A stretch of 62,993 nucleotides of DNA, filler included, from Octopus bimaculoides (GCF_001194135.2; 7 parts of 6 records of this genome joined end to end with filler, not necessarily neighbours in it); one strand, 5' to 3'; positions 37,366 to 50,988 are shown, counted from the first letter of the whole stretch. Made by a program: numbers and translations. Notes: generated from the sequence alone by a model not told the origin.

Positions 37366-38283
37366 ACTAATCCTTTCTACTATAGGCACAAGGCCTGAAA
37401 CCNNNNNNNNNNNNNNNNNNNNNNNNNNNNNNNNNNNNNNNNNNNNNNNNNNNNNNNNNNNNNNNNNNNNNNNNNNNNNNNNNNNNNNNNNNNNNNNNNN
37501 NNNNNNNNNNNNNNNNNNNNNNNNNNNNNNNNNNNNNNNNNNNNNNNNNNNNNNNNNNNNNNNNNNNNNNNNNNNNNNNNNNNNNNNNNNNNNNNNNNNN
37601 NNNNNNNNNNNNNNNNNNNNNNNNNNNNNNNNNNNNNNNNNNNNNNNNNNNNNNNNNNNNNNNNNNNNNNNNNNNNNNNNNNNNNNNNNNNNNNNNNNNN
37701 NNNNNNNNNNNNNNNNNNNNNNNNNNNNNNNNNNNNNNNNNNNNNNNNNNNNNNNNNNNNNNNNNNNNNNNNNNNNNNNNNNNNNNNNNNNNNNNNNNNN
37801 NNNNNNNNNNNNNNNNNNNNNNNNNNNNNNNNNNNNNNNNNNNNNNNNNNNNNNNNNNNNNNNNNNNNNNNNNNNNNNNNNNNNNNNNNNNNNNNNNNNN
37901 NNNNNNNNNNNNNNNNNNNNNNNNNNNNNNNNNNNNNNNNNNNNNNNNNNNNNNNNNNNNNNNNNNNNNNNNNNNNNNNNNNNNNNNNNNNNNNNNNNNN
38001 NNNNNNNNNNNNNNNNNNNNNNNNNNNNNNNNNNNNNNNNNNNNNNNNNNNNNNNNNNNNNNNNNNNNNNNNNNNNNNNNNNNNNNNNNNNNNNNNNNNN
38101 NNNNNNNNNNNNNNNNNNNNNNNNNNNNNNNNNNNNNNNNNNNNNNNNNNNNNNNNNNNNNNNNNNNNNNNNNNNNNNNNNNNNNNNNNNNNNNNNNNNN
38201 NNNNNNNNNNNNNNNNNNNNNNNNNNNNNNNNNNNNNNNNNNNNNNNNNNNNNNNNNNNNNNNNNNNNNNNNNNNNNNNNNNN

Positions 38284-38321
<38 letters not shown>

Positions 38322-38723
38322 TGTGTGCGTGCGTGCGTGTCTGTAAAGTATGTGCATATAGTATGTATACAGTTAAACGTGTATGAGTGTGTTGACTCCC
38401 GTGTATATGCCTTTGTGTGTGTTTTTGTGCACGCGCGGTCTGAAACAAGTAAAAGAATAAAAGGGTATACGTATGTATGTATGTATGCATGCATGTATGT
38501 ATATATGTATGTTTGTGTATGTATGTATGTATGTACGTATGTATGTATGCACTATGTATTCATGTATGTATGTATGTATATGTGTGAACGTATGTATGTA
38601 CGTATGTATGTATATGTATATGTATGTGTGTACGTATGAATGTATGTATGTATGTATGTATGTACGTATGCGTGTATGTATATATGTATGTTTGTGTATG
38701 TATGTATGTATGTACGTATGTAT
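38284..38723. repeat. (TG)n/(TATG)n block
   Basis: Direct reading. Confidence 0.95.
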
Positions 38724-38910
38724 NNNNNNNNNNNNNNNNNNNNNNNNNNNNNNNNNNNNNNNNNNNNTTAATTAATTAANNNNNNNNNNNNNNNNNNNNN
38801 NNNNNNNNNNNNNNNNNNNNNNNATGTAAAAGTTTGAAGAGGAACACACGAGTAGATATGTATGGAAATAAGACAAAGTAGAACATGCTAAAATACTTTT
38901 ATAAAGAATA

Positions 38911-38950
38911 TTACAGAACCGGTTTCGATCCTTGAGATCTTTTCAACAAT
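38911..38950 (-). ncRNA. Decayed hammerhead-like motif
   Basis: TTGTTGA-AAA-GATC-tcaag-GATC-GAAAC-CG-GTT with palindrome AACCGGTT; core and helix I damaged. Confidence 0.3.
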
Positions 38951-39490
38951 AAATATGAATAATAGATTTTGGAAAAAATATTGAAAAATTAAATTTTGGT
39001 AAATTTAAATGGAAAGTGTTTTTAAAGACATATTTGTATAGTATTCAAGTAACAGTGGCATTTTTCTTGTTTCTGCCTGTCTATGCTTCACTTGTTAACT
39101 CTTGTGGGTTCGAAGAAGTACTGCTATGTTAGTAGTAGTGTTAATTGTTTTGGTGTCCTGATATTGACCTGTTGATGGACGTAGTGAACTGTATTGTTTA
39201 TAATGTTTGCGTGAGTTTTATTCTAGACAGCAGTAGCCGTACTAAAGTAAGGGAGGAGGTGGTGGACAGGAAGAAGAAGATGACAGAGAAGATGAGGGAT
39301 AAGGAGAAGGAGAGAAATAGTAAAATGCAGGAAAGAGTGATAGTAACTACTCGAGTGAGTAGTGATTGGGGTTGTTATTTTATACACATATTTTTTTTAA
39401 TAATTCCTTGCGTATCTCTTAGGAGTTTATCATTTTTAATATTTATGTTTGTGTTTTATTCTATGTTCGTGGTAGATTTGTCATTCGTTG

Positions 39491-39523
39491 TAGATGACAT
39501 TTGTAATCTTCGAAACATATGTC
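39491..39523 (+). ncRNA. Decayed hammerhead-like motif
   Basis: TAGATGA...CTTC-GAAAC-ATAT-GTC with palindrome ACATATGT, then AATAAA; core and helix II damaged. Confidence 0.3.
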
Positions 39524-39724
39524 GGAAATAAAATAATTCATTTAACGTATGCGTATTACTCCATTTATTAAATTTTATATTCACTCAAATACTCAAAATA
39601 ACAGGGAGTTCCTACCTCATAAACAGGAGTTACACCACAGTCATTTTGTGATCTTTGCTACCCAGGTATCTATTAACCAATTTATTTTGTTGGAGTTCAT
39701 TGTTAACTAAGAGAAAATAAATAC

Positions 39725-39766
<42 letters not shown>

Positions 39767-40737
39767 NNNNNNNNNNNNNNNNNNNNNNNNNNNNNNNNNN
39801 NNNNNNNNNNNNNNNNNNNNNNNNNNNNNNNNNNNNNNNNNNNNNNNNNNNNNNNNNNNNNNNNNNNNNNNNNNNNNNNNNNNNNNNNNNNNNNNNNNNN
39901 NNNNNNNNNNNNNNNNNNNNNNNNNNNNNNNNNNNNNNNNNNNNNNNNNNNNNNNNNNNNNNNNNATATATATATATATATACACATAATTTTAGACATA
40001 ATACCTTATACTTATATACATGTTTTTCCTTATCTGCCATGCATGCCCAGACCATTTCTAGGTTCAGCATGTTCTCTAATACCTTTGAGGTAAACATAAA
40101 GATTCTACCAGGACGCACTAAAAGAAAACACAAGCTAATTCTCTTGAAACTCTGCCTGTCGGCTCAGTTATCGTAAGAAATTCTTACGGTTTTTGGAATT
40201 ATATATCATTGAAAATAATGGAAGGCCTTTCACGGAATATATTTTGATCTGAACCAAGGCAAATTTACCTTGTCCCATTTCATATATTGTGTTATATAAT
40301 TAGGAAACATATGATTAATATTTATTTACTGCTAGTGTTTAAGCTTCAGTATGATTCTATACTAAAATACATCTGAACATATTTCTCATCATTATCTGAA
40401 ACAAAATATAAGCTACGTCTTATACGTGTTGCATGATTCATCCTTGTGGTAGTTACTTTGCATGTCTTTCAAATCAGCTTATGGTTTCTTTATTAAAATT
40501 TCAGATTTTACCCAATATTGCAGCCTATTTACATCACTGAGTTCGTGAAATCTTTGTAGCAGTCTATGATAGATTAATCCTTAGTCCTTTAACACTGCTT
40601 CCTTTCAGTGAAACACTGCACTGGAGGAGAAATCTATCAATGATCTTTACCAAAATATGTAAGAGAAACGGTGAGCAATGTTTCTACGAATGCAGTATTT
40701 TTGAATTCCATAAAAATGATTAATTCCTCAGGGGAAT

Positions 40738-41179
40738 TTAACGTCTAAGTTGATATTTCATCAGCAACCAAACTAAAATTAGTAAGATAGAACTTATAAA
40801 CTTATTAGTAAGAAAAATAAATGATTAACATTGATGTTCAGACATAGGGAATACTTGCCAGAAAGTGTGTTTGAAATATTAATTATGCTCCTTTATCAAT
40901 GGTTTCATGTCCTACAGAATCTATAAATTGCTAACCAGTTTGTTATGCAACGGATAAATGTAAAATCTTCTGTTTGTATTTAATGCAAGAAAAAAATCAG
41001 CCACATCAGTTTCAATCTAACGCAGAGATTCATTAATAGCTAAATATTCTCTACAAGTATACGAACAAAATATTTTCTAACTTATGATTATAAAAAGAGC
41101 CCAATTAAATCACATAAACTCGTTTGTGAATATAACTGAATTATATAAGAGAGGGAGAGAAATTGAGAGAGAGAGAGAG

Positions 41180-41242
<63 letters not shown>

Positions 41243-41870
41243 ATCTTCAGTGACAGTTCAGTATGATATTGATTTGCTGATTAAACACCGGTGCAGAAAA
41301 TAAACCAATGCATATCCTAACACTTTGTCTAACTATGTACGTATATAAAACTGTCACATAAAATGTTGGAGAAAATGTATTGATAACCTTAAGAGTCCCT
41401 ATATAACTGGAACAAGCCACGCACGAGAAAATAATTTATAGAAGAAAGAATGTGCCAACAGAGGGTTAGGTATGCAAATGCTAGAGAATTACTTGAAACC
41501 TTAAAACAGTTGATATGTAAGTAATTAATCTATGGATAACAATAAATTAGTCGGCCGTTGACGAAATGCGATCGCAGGAATGTAACTATGTGGAATGTGA
41601 TTTGTTTGTCCACGAAACCATTAACGTCTAAGTTGATATTTCATCAGCAACCGAACTAAAATTAGTAAGATAGAACTTATAAACTTATTAGTAAGAAAAA
41701 TAAATGATTAACACTGATGTTCAGACATAGGGAATACTTGCCAGAAAGTGTGTTTGAAATATTAATTATGCTCCTTTATCAATGGTTTCATGTCCTACAG
41801 AATCTATAAATTGCTAACCAGTTTGTTATGCAAAGGATAAATGTAAAATCTTCTGTTTGCATTTAATGCA
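40738..41870 (+). repeat. 250-bp direct duplication (40738-40987 and 41621-41870)
   Basis: Four substitutions counted between copies. Confidence 0.95.
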
Positions 41871-42347
41871 GTTACTCCTCATAAAATATTTTTCGGTAGC
41901 AATGACTCTGCCAGATTATTACTAGATATGAGTATTGTCATGCAAATTATATAATTAGTAAGAAAATATAAATAATTGTCCAGTATATCCATTTCTCTGT
42001 ATGGAGATATATGAGTTGCTTTTATCAAAATCGCCTCTCATGATGACATGTACGAGGGGTTGCGGAAAAGTTCCTGGTTTTAGATAAAAGTAAATACAAG
42101 TGGATCAGTTAATTATGATTTTATTCAACATATTCCCCTCTCAGATTCACACACTTAACGCAGTTGTCCTCCAGTTTTTCTAAGCCCAGTGAAAGAACTC
42201 GGAAATTTTTCTCTCGACCGAGACATTTCGTAATATACCCTTAAAACCAGGATCTTTTCAGTTACTCCTCATAAAATATTTTTCGGTAGCAATGACTCTG
42301 CCAGATTATTACTAGATATGAGTATTGTCATGCAAATTATATAATTA
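41869..42347 (+). repeat. 89-bp direct duplication (41869-41957 and 42259-42347)
   Basis: Identical by eye; begins within the right TIR of the 42053 MITE. Confidence 0.95.
42053..42271. mobile_element. mariner-type MITE
   Basis: TA-CGAGGGGTTGCGGAAAAGTTCCTGGTTTTAG / CTTAAAACCAGGATCTTTTCAGTTACTCCTCA-TA. Confidence 0.8.
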
Positions 42348-45300
42348 TGAATAACACTCTTTGAAATATGAGACTAGAAACGAGGATTTTGTCGGGTTGT
42401 GTGATCACGAGAACATCGAATATTTCAGCCCAAATCACACGAATTATTTTTACAGGTCCAAATTCCTTGTATTTTCTGTTCAGTCTACGGGTGAAAGTTA
42501 ATCTGGATGTCCAGATTATGGGTATATTTCGTCATGGTAGTCTTGTTGTTAACAAAGAGCAATACGTAAATATAAAATGAAAGACTAAGTTTGAAGTTCC
42601 TCCTTTATCTTCGAGATTGGTTTGTTGTTTCAATCAGTAAGTTTGTGAAGCAATCATACGGTCGGGATATTTCTGTTTGAATGCAAGATTGGTGGAAAAA
42701 TGTGACATATCATCAAATGGAAGCTGCAGCCTGGTGATTTGCAAACATTTGAACTTTACTAATGATATTTAAGATTTCGTGGAGTTGTGACATTTAGAGA
42801 TTTTCAACCAAGCAAACGATCACGTGATCATCCTAAGGAGATATGCACTGAATATGACAAAACTTTTGCCAAATTCAGTTGTTTCTGACACAAAACTGCA
42901 TTGTATAGACTTACATTTTAATTTAGGACCAGATTATATGGTTCTCCCTATAGGAATTCTAAAGTTGGTATAAATCAGTCTATTTGACACTTAGCATGTG
43001 TTACTGAGATATATTCCATTCGGTTGCCTTCAAAATGAACACTTCAGTTGGCATTCAACCTTACCAGGAACTCATTTTCACTCCCCCTGTCTGTGTATCT
43101 GTCCGTCTCTGTGTCTGTCTGTCTGCCTATCTNNNNNNNNNNNNNNNNNNNNNNNNNNNNNNNNNNNNNNNNNNNNNNNNNNNNNNNNNNNNNNNNNNNN
43201 NNNNNNNNNNNNNNNNNNNNNNNNNNNNNNNNATATATATAGATACATATATGTTCAGAGAGAATATGTGGAAAATTGAGGTACACATTCCAAATAAAGG
43301 GTCTGAGATCTGCAGGTGTTGCTGTTTGAGATATATTGTTGACACATATTTGTTAAATCCTCATATTATATATAATATTAGTAATATGCGGTTTTATTCA
43401 ATTCTGTTTTCAATCTGACTGACATACTTTATGAAACTTTCTTCCTTACCTACAACACCTGCTGTAATAACCTTACTCTATCCCTGATCATTTAACATAT
43501 GTACACAGATAAAGCAAAAACTCAGACATATTTTTGCATATATATAAATATGAATATATGTATATAAGTAGATGAGTGTGTGAGTATGCACATACATATC
43601 TATGTATATGCATACAGAGACCTATATGCGTGTGTATTTGTGTGTGTGCGTGCTTGTGGTGAGGGTTCTGTGTACGCCTTTATATCTACATGACATTTAC
43701 TGTTCATAGCCTATGAGTAAACGCAAGCAAATCTACAAACTTAAACGCGCATCCATATAAAGAAATTCTGCAGCAGAGAGAGCGAGACAGAGAAAGAGGA
43801 AGAGAGAAAAAAGAGATCGAGACATGGAGAAAGAGAGAGAAAGAGAAAGGGAAGAGATCGATACGAGGACGGAGAGAATGAGAGAGAGGGGAAAAGCGGG
43901 AGGGAAAGAGAACAATGCAATATGAAAGGTAGAGAAAGTGGGAGTAAGATTTCTAGAGGGAATAGATATACACATACTTGTGAATATATATTTTTAAAAA
44001 ATGTTTGTTTTTTTGGTATTCAGGAGGTGAAAAAAATTCCCTCAGCAGTTCATCCGCTCTGAGCGTTTATTGTTTCCTGCATAGACTTATATTTTGTACA
44101 ATTTTGTTCGTGAACTAAACATTCAATCATTCATCTTTAGCTGCTTCTAGATGTAAATGGATATTCACTCGCCGACGAAATATTTCTATGAAATGGTGAT
44201 ATTTACATACATGTTTGCTTTTCTTTCTTCTTATTTCGTAACATTAGGGTTATAAATCACCAATTCAACGAGACGTGTACCAAACAATGAGTTGAGGGAA
44301 GGACATATAAAAGTAAACAGAGTAGTAAAAAAAAGTGTCATTTCGAATATTCCCTTGAGATAATTTAAATTTGGGAGGTCATTTAAAGTTATTTACTATG
44401 AATTACAATTAATTACATTGGTTATTATATCGGCGTCAGCTTGATACGACGTATTATCAGTAACTTGACGTCTATATTCACCTTTGATGCAGTTCATTAG
44501 TTTTGCCGTAAATAAGATACCTAAACCCAGTCAGCTGTTATCAGACAATTGAGAATCAAATTATGAAATAAATACAAATATATTTGATTAATGTTTTTGC
44601 TTGAGAAACGTTAAACAAATGATAATATCATAAAACTATATGTGTGCATAGAGATACACGTATACACATAACGGCCTGGTAACTATAACAAATATAAATA
44701 ACACCTAAGCGAAAATGTCTAAAACAAGAAACAGAGAAAAAACAATAAGAAAATACATTTAGCTGTAAAATTTGTTTGAAATGATAAAGAGCAAAATAAG
44801 TAACTTTTGTTTTCTTTTTAGATACTTTCTAGCCATATTTTATTATCATTAATTTGCATATGCATCGTTGGTCTGGATGATGTTAACGTTGTTATAATTG
44901 ATTTTGAAAGAAAGAATTTCAGTTCATGTAATGATGGGAAGTATATCAATTCAAAGTATAAAACATTTGATGAAGATTAGCACTGAAACTATTCAAAACG
45001 TACATCTGATGTGTATACTGGTTATATTTAAATTTAGCGTGGAGTTGTCGGCGGCCTGTGCGAATTGGCAGAACATTGAATACCAGGCCTTGTGCAGTTT
45101 AGAACTCTGGTTTATTTTCCATTAGCAAGGTTAGTAGTGAGCTAATAGTGAATACATCAGACAATTCGTAGAAAACAAATATTCGATGAAGTAAATAAAC
45201 GGCTAGAATACACTATAATATTTACGGATATCTCCAGCAATATTACAAAATTACAACAAAACATTTTGAAGTGAGTACAGAAGGCAAGATAATACGCAAG

Positions 45301-45639
45301 ACTACTCTCAAACGAATACTTACATCGATGATTACTTGTATTAGGTAGTGTTTCCTGGGTAACCGAACTTTTCGATAATGTGTCGTACACCCCATAAGAA
45401 ATGCTCAAATGAGGAATGTTTAATAAAGGTACCAAACTCATAATATATATCCCAGCAGTTAGAACTTAATTTACATATTTCTGTAGCTAAGTAAATTCAA
45501 ACGTCATGCCCAAGATAGAAAGTGTAGAACATTACGAATATAAATAGTTTCAAAAGCCATGATGCATTTTTGTTTACCGTCTGAAAATCTATAAATATTT
45601 TCTGTTTTTTCTTTAACTTGCTTCATATATTTAACTGTG

Positions 45640-45815
45640 CCTATGCTGAAGCATCGGCTGTAGTCGATCAAATGGATTGCAGGACTTATTCCTTGTAAGC
45701 TTATTATTAAATGTATCGGCTATTTTTGCCGAATCGCTAAGTTACGACGATGCAAACCCACCAACATCGGTTATCAAACGATGGTGGAGGTGATGAACAG
45801 ACACACAAGTGCACA
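45640..45815 (-). mobile_element. SINE family C, tail module (diverged)
   Basis: GGACTTATTCCTTGTAAGC...GCCGAATCGCTAAGTTACG...CATCGGTTATCAAACGATGG. Confidence 0.7.
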
Positions 45816-45848
45816 CACACAAATGTATATATATGCATACATGCATAC

Positions 45849-45883
<35 letters not shown>

Positions 45884-46423
45884 NNNNNNNNNNNNNNNNN
45901 NNNNNNNNNNNNNNNNNNNNNNNNNNNNNNNNNNNNNNNNNNNNNNNNNNNNNNNNNNNNNNNNNNNNNNNNNNNNNNNNNNNNNNNNNNNNNNNNNNNN
46001 NNNNNNNNNNNNNNNNNNNNNNNNNNNNNNNNNNNNNNNNNNNNNNNNNNNNNNNNNNNNNNNNNNNNNNNNNNNNNNNNNNNNNNNNNNNNNNNNNNNN
46101 NNNNNNNNNNNNCAGAAAGTTCGGGGAATGGAAAAACAGAGGAAGAGGAAAATGGCACCGATGCCCACGAGGTTACATATACGTATACATATATACAGGT
46201 TTGAGGCAGTAAATCAGCATTCCATAAATACTATCTGTAATCTTGTATTGACTCGAATGGAAAAATGTGTCGATCAAGGAGGAATTTAGTTTTTAACAAT
46301 GTTCATGATGTTTGAAATTTAGATGCTTTTATTAAATTTATTTCGCTGTTAAAAATTAAATCTTGGAAGTAAATAGTTTGGATAAACTCTCAGTTGACTT
46401 TGGCTAATCCTGTATTTATACTA

Positions 46424-46582
46424 CGAGTTTCTTTCAGTTTCCGTCTAACAAATCCACTTACAATGTTTGGTCGGCCTGAGGCTAGAGCAGAAGACACTTG
46501 GTAATAGTGCTACGCAGTGGGAATGAACCCGGAACCGTGTTGGTGGGAACAAAGCTTCTTAACACACAGCCACGCCTGCGCT
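46424..46582 (-). mobile_element. SINE family C, head module only
   Basis: TTTCTTTCAGTTTCCGTCTAACAAATCCAC...GAACCCGGAACCGTGTTGG...CACGCCTGCGC; no tail module adjacent. Confidence 0.8.
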
Positions 46583-47551
46583 TATTTTATGTTCAACTAT
46601 TTTTAGAGATATTTTTAGGTGCCTCAAGGACACTATTTCATATAATAGTTGGGGAATCTTAAGAACAAAGTAATCCTAAATGCCTGAAGGGTCCCATGTG
46701 TGGTAAATGAAGTTTAAAATCATACGCAGTAACATGAAGCTAAACTTGAACTTTGGTAACTGCTAGAGGTTAATTTGATTTCGATTTTAATGAATGACTT
46801 TGGGAACTTTCTCATTATATTTCATAACACAGGCTGAGTGAATGAGACAAATTTAAAATTTACCAAACAAATAGCTGAAAAACTTTAGTGGGCGTAACAT
46901 TGCATTAACTACTGGATCCTTTGCCCCATGCAACAACACATCAGTACGATTCGAAGTAGAATTGTACAGTACGTCTTGCATTTGTAACGCCCATTAAATG
47001 TCACCTTATTGTGCCATAGCGTTCCAAGAAGTAAACTGAATATATGCGTATATCAATGCAACACAAATTAGTACAGAATGGCAAAGTGATGGTCTTTTTA
47101 GATGACGTGAACTTAGCAAGCAATAGCAGCTATATTATTTACTTACGGACAATTCAATTATCTTTTTCATCAATAATAATCAGATGTTGCTGATAAAATC
47201 ATTGCAGCAGTTTGTTAGGTTGTGTATTATCAATAATTAAAGCGTTATTAGTTTCCATCATATGATATTGGCAACACATTAAAGCATTCATGAGTGGGTG
47301 AATGTACATTATGACAGCTGTTGAAGGCGTTTCATCCTTAGCTTTAATACTTCATTTGCAAACACAATCCACAACGAACAAAATTTATGTTTCTGAAAAT
47401 CAACCCGTCCACACACATACATGCACACACACATAAACACACATATATTTATATACGTAGAAATATGTTTGCGTGTGGATGTACATATGTATAAACATAT
47501 AAATAAATATATATATATATAAATATAAGTATATATATATATATATATATA

Positions 47552-47745
47552 TGGGAGAATTTGCGAGAAAAACAACAGACGAAGACAGGTGATGTAAACA
47601 ACATATGGATGTATTAGTTAACGCTCGGGAATAGAGAAAGTCTGTGACGTTTCGAGCTTACGCTCTTCAGCTGAAAGGAACACAGAAAGAAATGAGGAGA
47701 GAAACAAGGAGAAAAAATATAAATATAGTGGTCAGCGATCTATCA
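47552..47745 (-). mobile_element. Penelope-like terminal-repeat-derived repeat with hammerhead-like motif
   Basis: Minus CTTT-CAGCTGA-A-GAGC-GTAA-GCTC-GAAAC-GTC-ACAG; homolog of 7531-7690. Confidence 0.6.
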
Positions 47746-49789
47746 TATATATATATATATAACCAAAACACAAATATCTCTCAGATATCATCATTTCTAT
47801 AAATAGATTTGGCATCATTTCTAAGAACAGCCAAACACCTACTGGGGTTTAAAAATCTTATCCCTACAACCGAAACACAAAAACAATAAATTAAAATATC
47901 ATCATTTCTAAAAATAGATTTGACNNNNNNNNNNNNNNNNNNNNNNNNNNNNNNNNNNNNNNNNNNNNTTAATTAATTAANNNNNNNNNNNNNNNNNNNN
48001 NNNNNNNNNNNNNNNNNNNNNNNNATACATATATATATATATACATACATACATACATACATACATACATAATTTCCGGGAATGGAAACCGACTGTCGGA
48101 AATTGTGGCACCGGAAACTGGGATCTTACCTAATTAAGTCTACGTCACCACCATAACTAAATAGCTGCAATCCTACCGAACATCCCGCCCCTGCCAAAAC
48201 ATTAACATAAATCGGCCATTGAGGAAGTCTGTATATGGTCAGGCAGGTACTAGACATAACAGCCAAATCGCCCTTTAAATCAGTACTCAACATGGACGCA
48301 ACCATGTTCACGTGCCATATTGCACCTATTGTCCTAGATAGACTGAAAAAATGACAGGATGGTCATGGCTAGAAAGTATTTGATGATCTGAATGATCAAG
48401 GCTGACCTGGTGCTAAAGCGTGGTAGCTGCTACCGAGCCATACTCGCTCATGAATGACTGCTGGTATCTCTGATGTGAATGGAATTATGGTAGAAGACAA
48501 TAACTTAGTTCAGGTTAAAACAACAACGTTGATATCAATGACTTCAAATACGATTTCTTGCCCATTTTACAAACAATATGAATTAGCTTATAATTTTCTG
48601 GGCTTCTCCCGAAAAAGCACTAGCATATTCCACCATAGGTACATTCAACTCTTAAGAGTCTCTGTGCCTGGTGGTGCGAGATCGCATTTTAGTGAGTGCG
48701 ACAAATAGGGGAAAAATATAAACTTGATTGAAATAATGCTGCACACTCACAGATTCTGAATACGTTTCGGTAGATTTGAACGAGAATACACTAATCCCTG
48801 TTGTATTTCGCCCACGGAGAACAGCTGCTACTTTCAGAAAATGTGTGCTCATAACATACCCGAATCATTGAGTTAAGGGTACTTTGAGACACCGTGGAGA
48901 TTCAAGACAACCAGGTCAAAACACCACACCGTGACGTTTTCTTTTTCTCTTTGTAATAAAATTGCTTTTCATCATAGAATTATTAACTAACACTTAAAAG
49001 TAACTTTGTTCAATCAACCACACTAAGAACTTTATTATACTGCAGGAATCTTTATGGTTCGACTTTAAACAAAATAAATGAATAAAATTAATTAGAAAAT
49101 TGAATTATCTGTTTTCTAATGTGATTTGGCTTTTGCAGGGGGTGCAAAGATTAATCAAACATTTNNNNNNNNNNNNNNNNNNNNNNNNNNNNNNNNNNNN
49201 NNNNNNNNNNNNNNNNNNNNNNNNNNNNNNNNNNNNNNNNNNNNNNNNNNNNNNNNNNNNNNNNNNNNNNNNNNNNNNNNNNNNNNNNNNNNNNNNNNNN
49301 NNNNNNNNNNNNNNNNNNNNNNNNNNNNNNNNNNNNNNNNNNNNNNNNNNNNNNNNNNNNNNNNNNNNNNNNNNNNNNNNNNNNNNNNNNNNNNNNNNNN
49401 NNNNNNNNNNNNNNNNNNNNNNNNNNNNNNNNNNNNNNNNNNNNNNNNNNNNNNNNNNNNNNNNNNNNNNNNNNNNNNNNNNNNNNNNNNNNNNNNNNNN
49501 NNNNNNNNNNNNNNNNNNNNNNNNNNNNNNNNNNNNNNNNNNNNNNNNNNNNNNNNNNNNNNNNNNNNNNNNNNNNNNNNNNNNNNNNNNNNNNNNNNNN
49601 NNNNNNNNNACACACACACACACATAGGCGTAAATACACATACACCAGTGACTTTCTTGAGACACACAGACATACTTAAAAGTAGGAAAATATTTAAATA
49701 CGAACAAACATAGACATATACGGACACACACAAACTTTAGAGAGAAGACAGACGTAAGAACACGTACAGGGTTCAACGCACACGGACAC

Positions 49790-50957
49790 ATGAATACACG
49801 CACATACACACACGCACACATATATATATATACACACGTCTATGCATACACACATACATACACACATATATGCATGTACGCAGAGAGAGACAAAATCACA
49901 CGCAGATACATACATACATATATACATACAACACACACGTACGCACACAAAACGGAACTTATAAGTAAATATGTATAAATGCGCGCGCACCCACTCACAT
50001 ACACGCATGTAAACAAACACTCACCCGGACACAATCGTAAATATACGTCGCACTTACATATGTATATAAAGTGATATAATATATATTGGCACTTAAGAAT
50101 TATGTCACATTCTCTGTAGTGCTTTTCTCCTGAGAAAATATATATTGCACCATTTATTCGTATAGAGTTACACATACATCACACATAAGCCCAAACATTT
50201 AAACACTTGCAAATACATATACACATACGCAGACATTTTTAAACTGTGTCGTCATTCTTCGCTTAAACTCGTGTTTAGAAACATGGTATGCTATGTGTAA
50301 TACCACGCATACATACAGACAGACACAGACACTAAAATATATGCATACATACATACATTCATGCATATATATGCACGGAGATGAACGAGTGTTTAGAGGA
50401 AAGGCACATACGTATATACACATATACACGGTTCAACACATATATAGTCACGAATTCACTAATATTTCATAAACGCTCACTCGTCTTATGAATTAAGCTC
50501 GAACTAACTCAAAGTCGAAGTGCCAAGTCTGGTGACATTTTTTTTATCCTTTAAACCGAAATCCCGTACATACATTCATACATACATACATACATACATA
50601 CATACATACATACATACACACACACATACTCATACATACACACATACATACATACATATATATACATACATACATACATAGATGCATACATACGTCTGTT
50701 ATTAAGATACGTTCGTACAAACGTACGAACATGTACGCGTACATGCATTTAGATACATACGTATAGATACATACATATATATATATAGATGCACATGTGT
50801 ATATATACATACATACATGCATATATACATGCATTTATATACATATAGATGGATCGATATNNNNNNNNNNNNNNNNNNNNNNNNNNNNNNNNNNNNNNNN
50901 NNNNNNNNNNNNNNNNNNNNNNNNNNNNNNNNNNNNNNNNNNNNNNNNNNNNNNNNN

Positions 50958-50988
<31 letters not shown>

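Noticed and set aside
41550-41590. Weak hammerhead-like TTGACGA-AA-TGCGATCGCA-GGAATGTA
   Set aside because: Three core mismatches and only a 2-bp helix I; indistinguishable from chance. A similar remnant at ~18385-18410 was also too decayed.
44250-44520. Possible promoter (CCAAT-, TATA- and CRE-like words)
   Set aside because: Short imperfect motifs expected by chance in AT-rich DNA; no associated gene start.
48751-48830. Minus-strand 80-nt exon candidate (AAVLRGRNTTGISVFSFKSTETYSES)
   Set aside because: Good donor but ambiguous acceptor, two open frames and no compatible neighbour.
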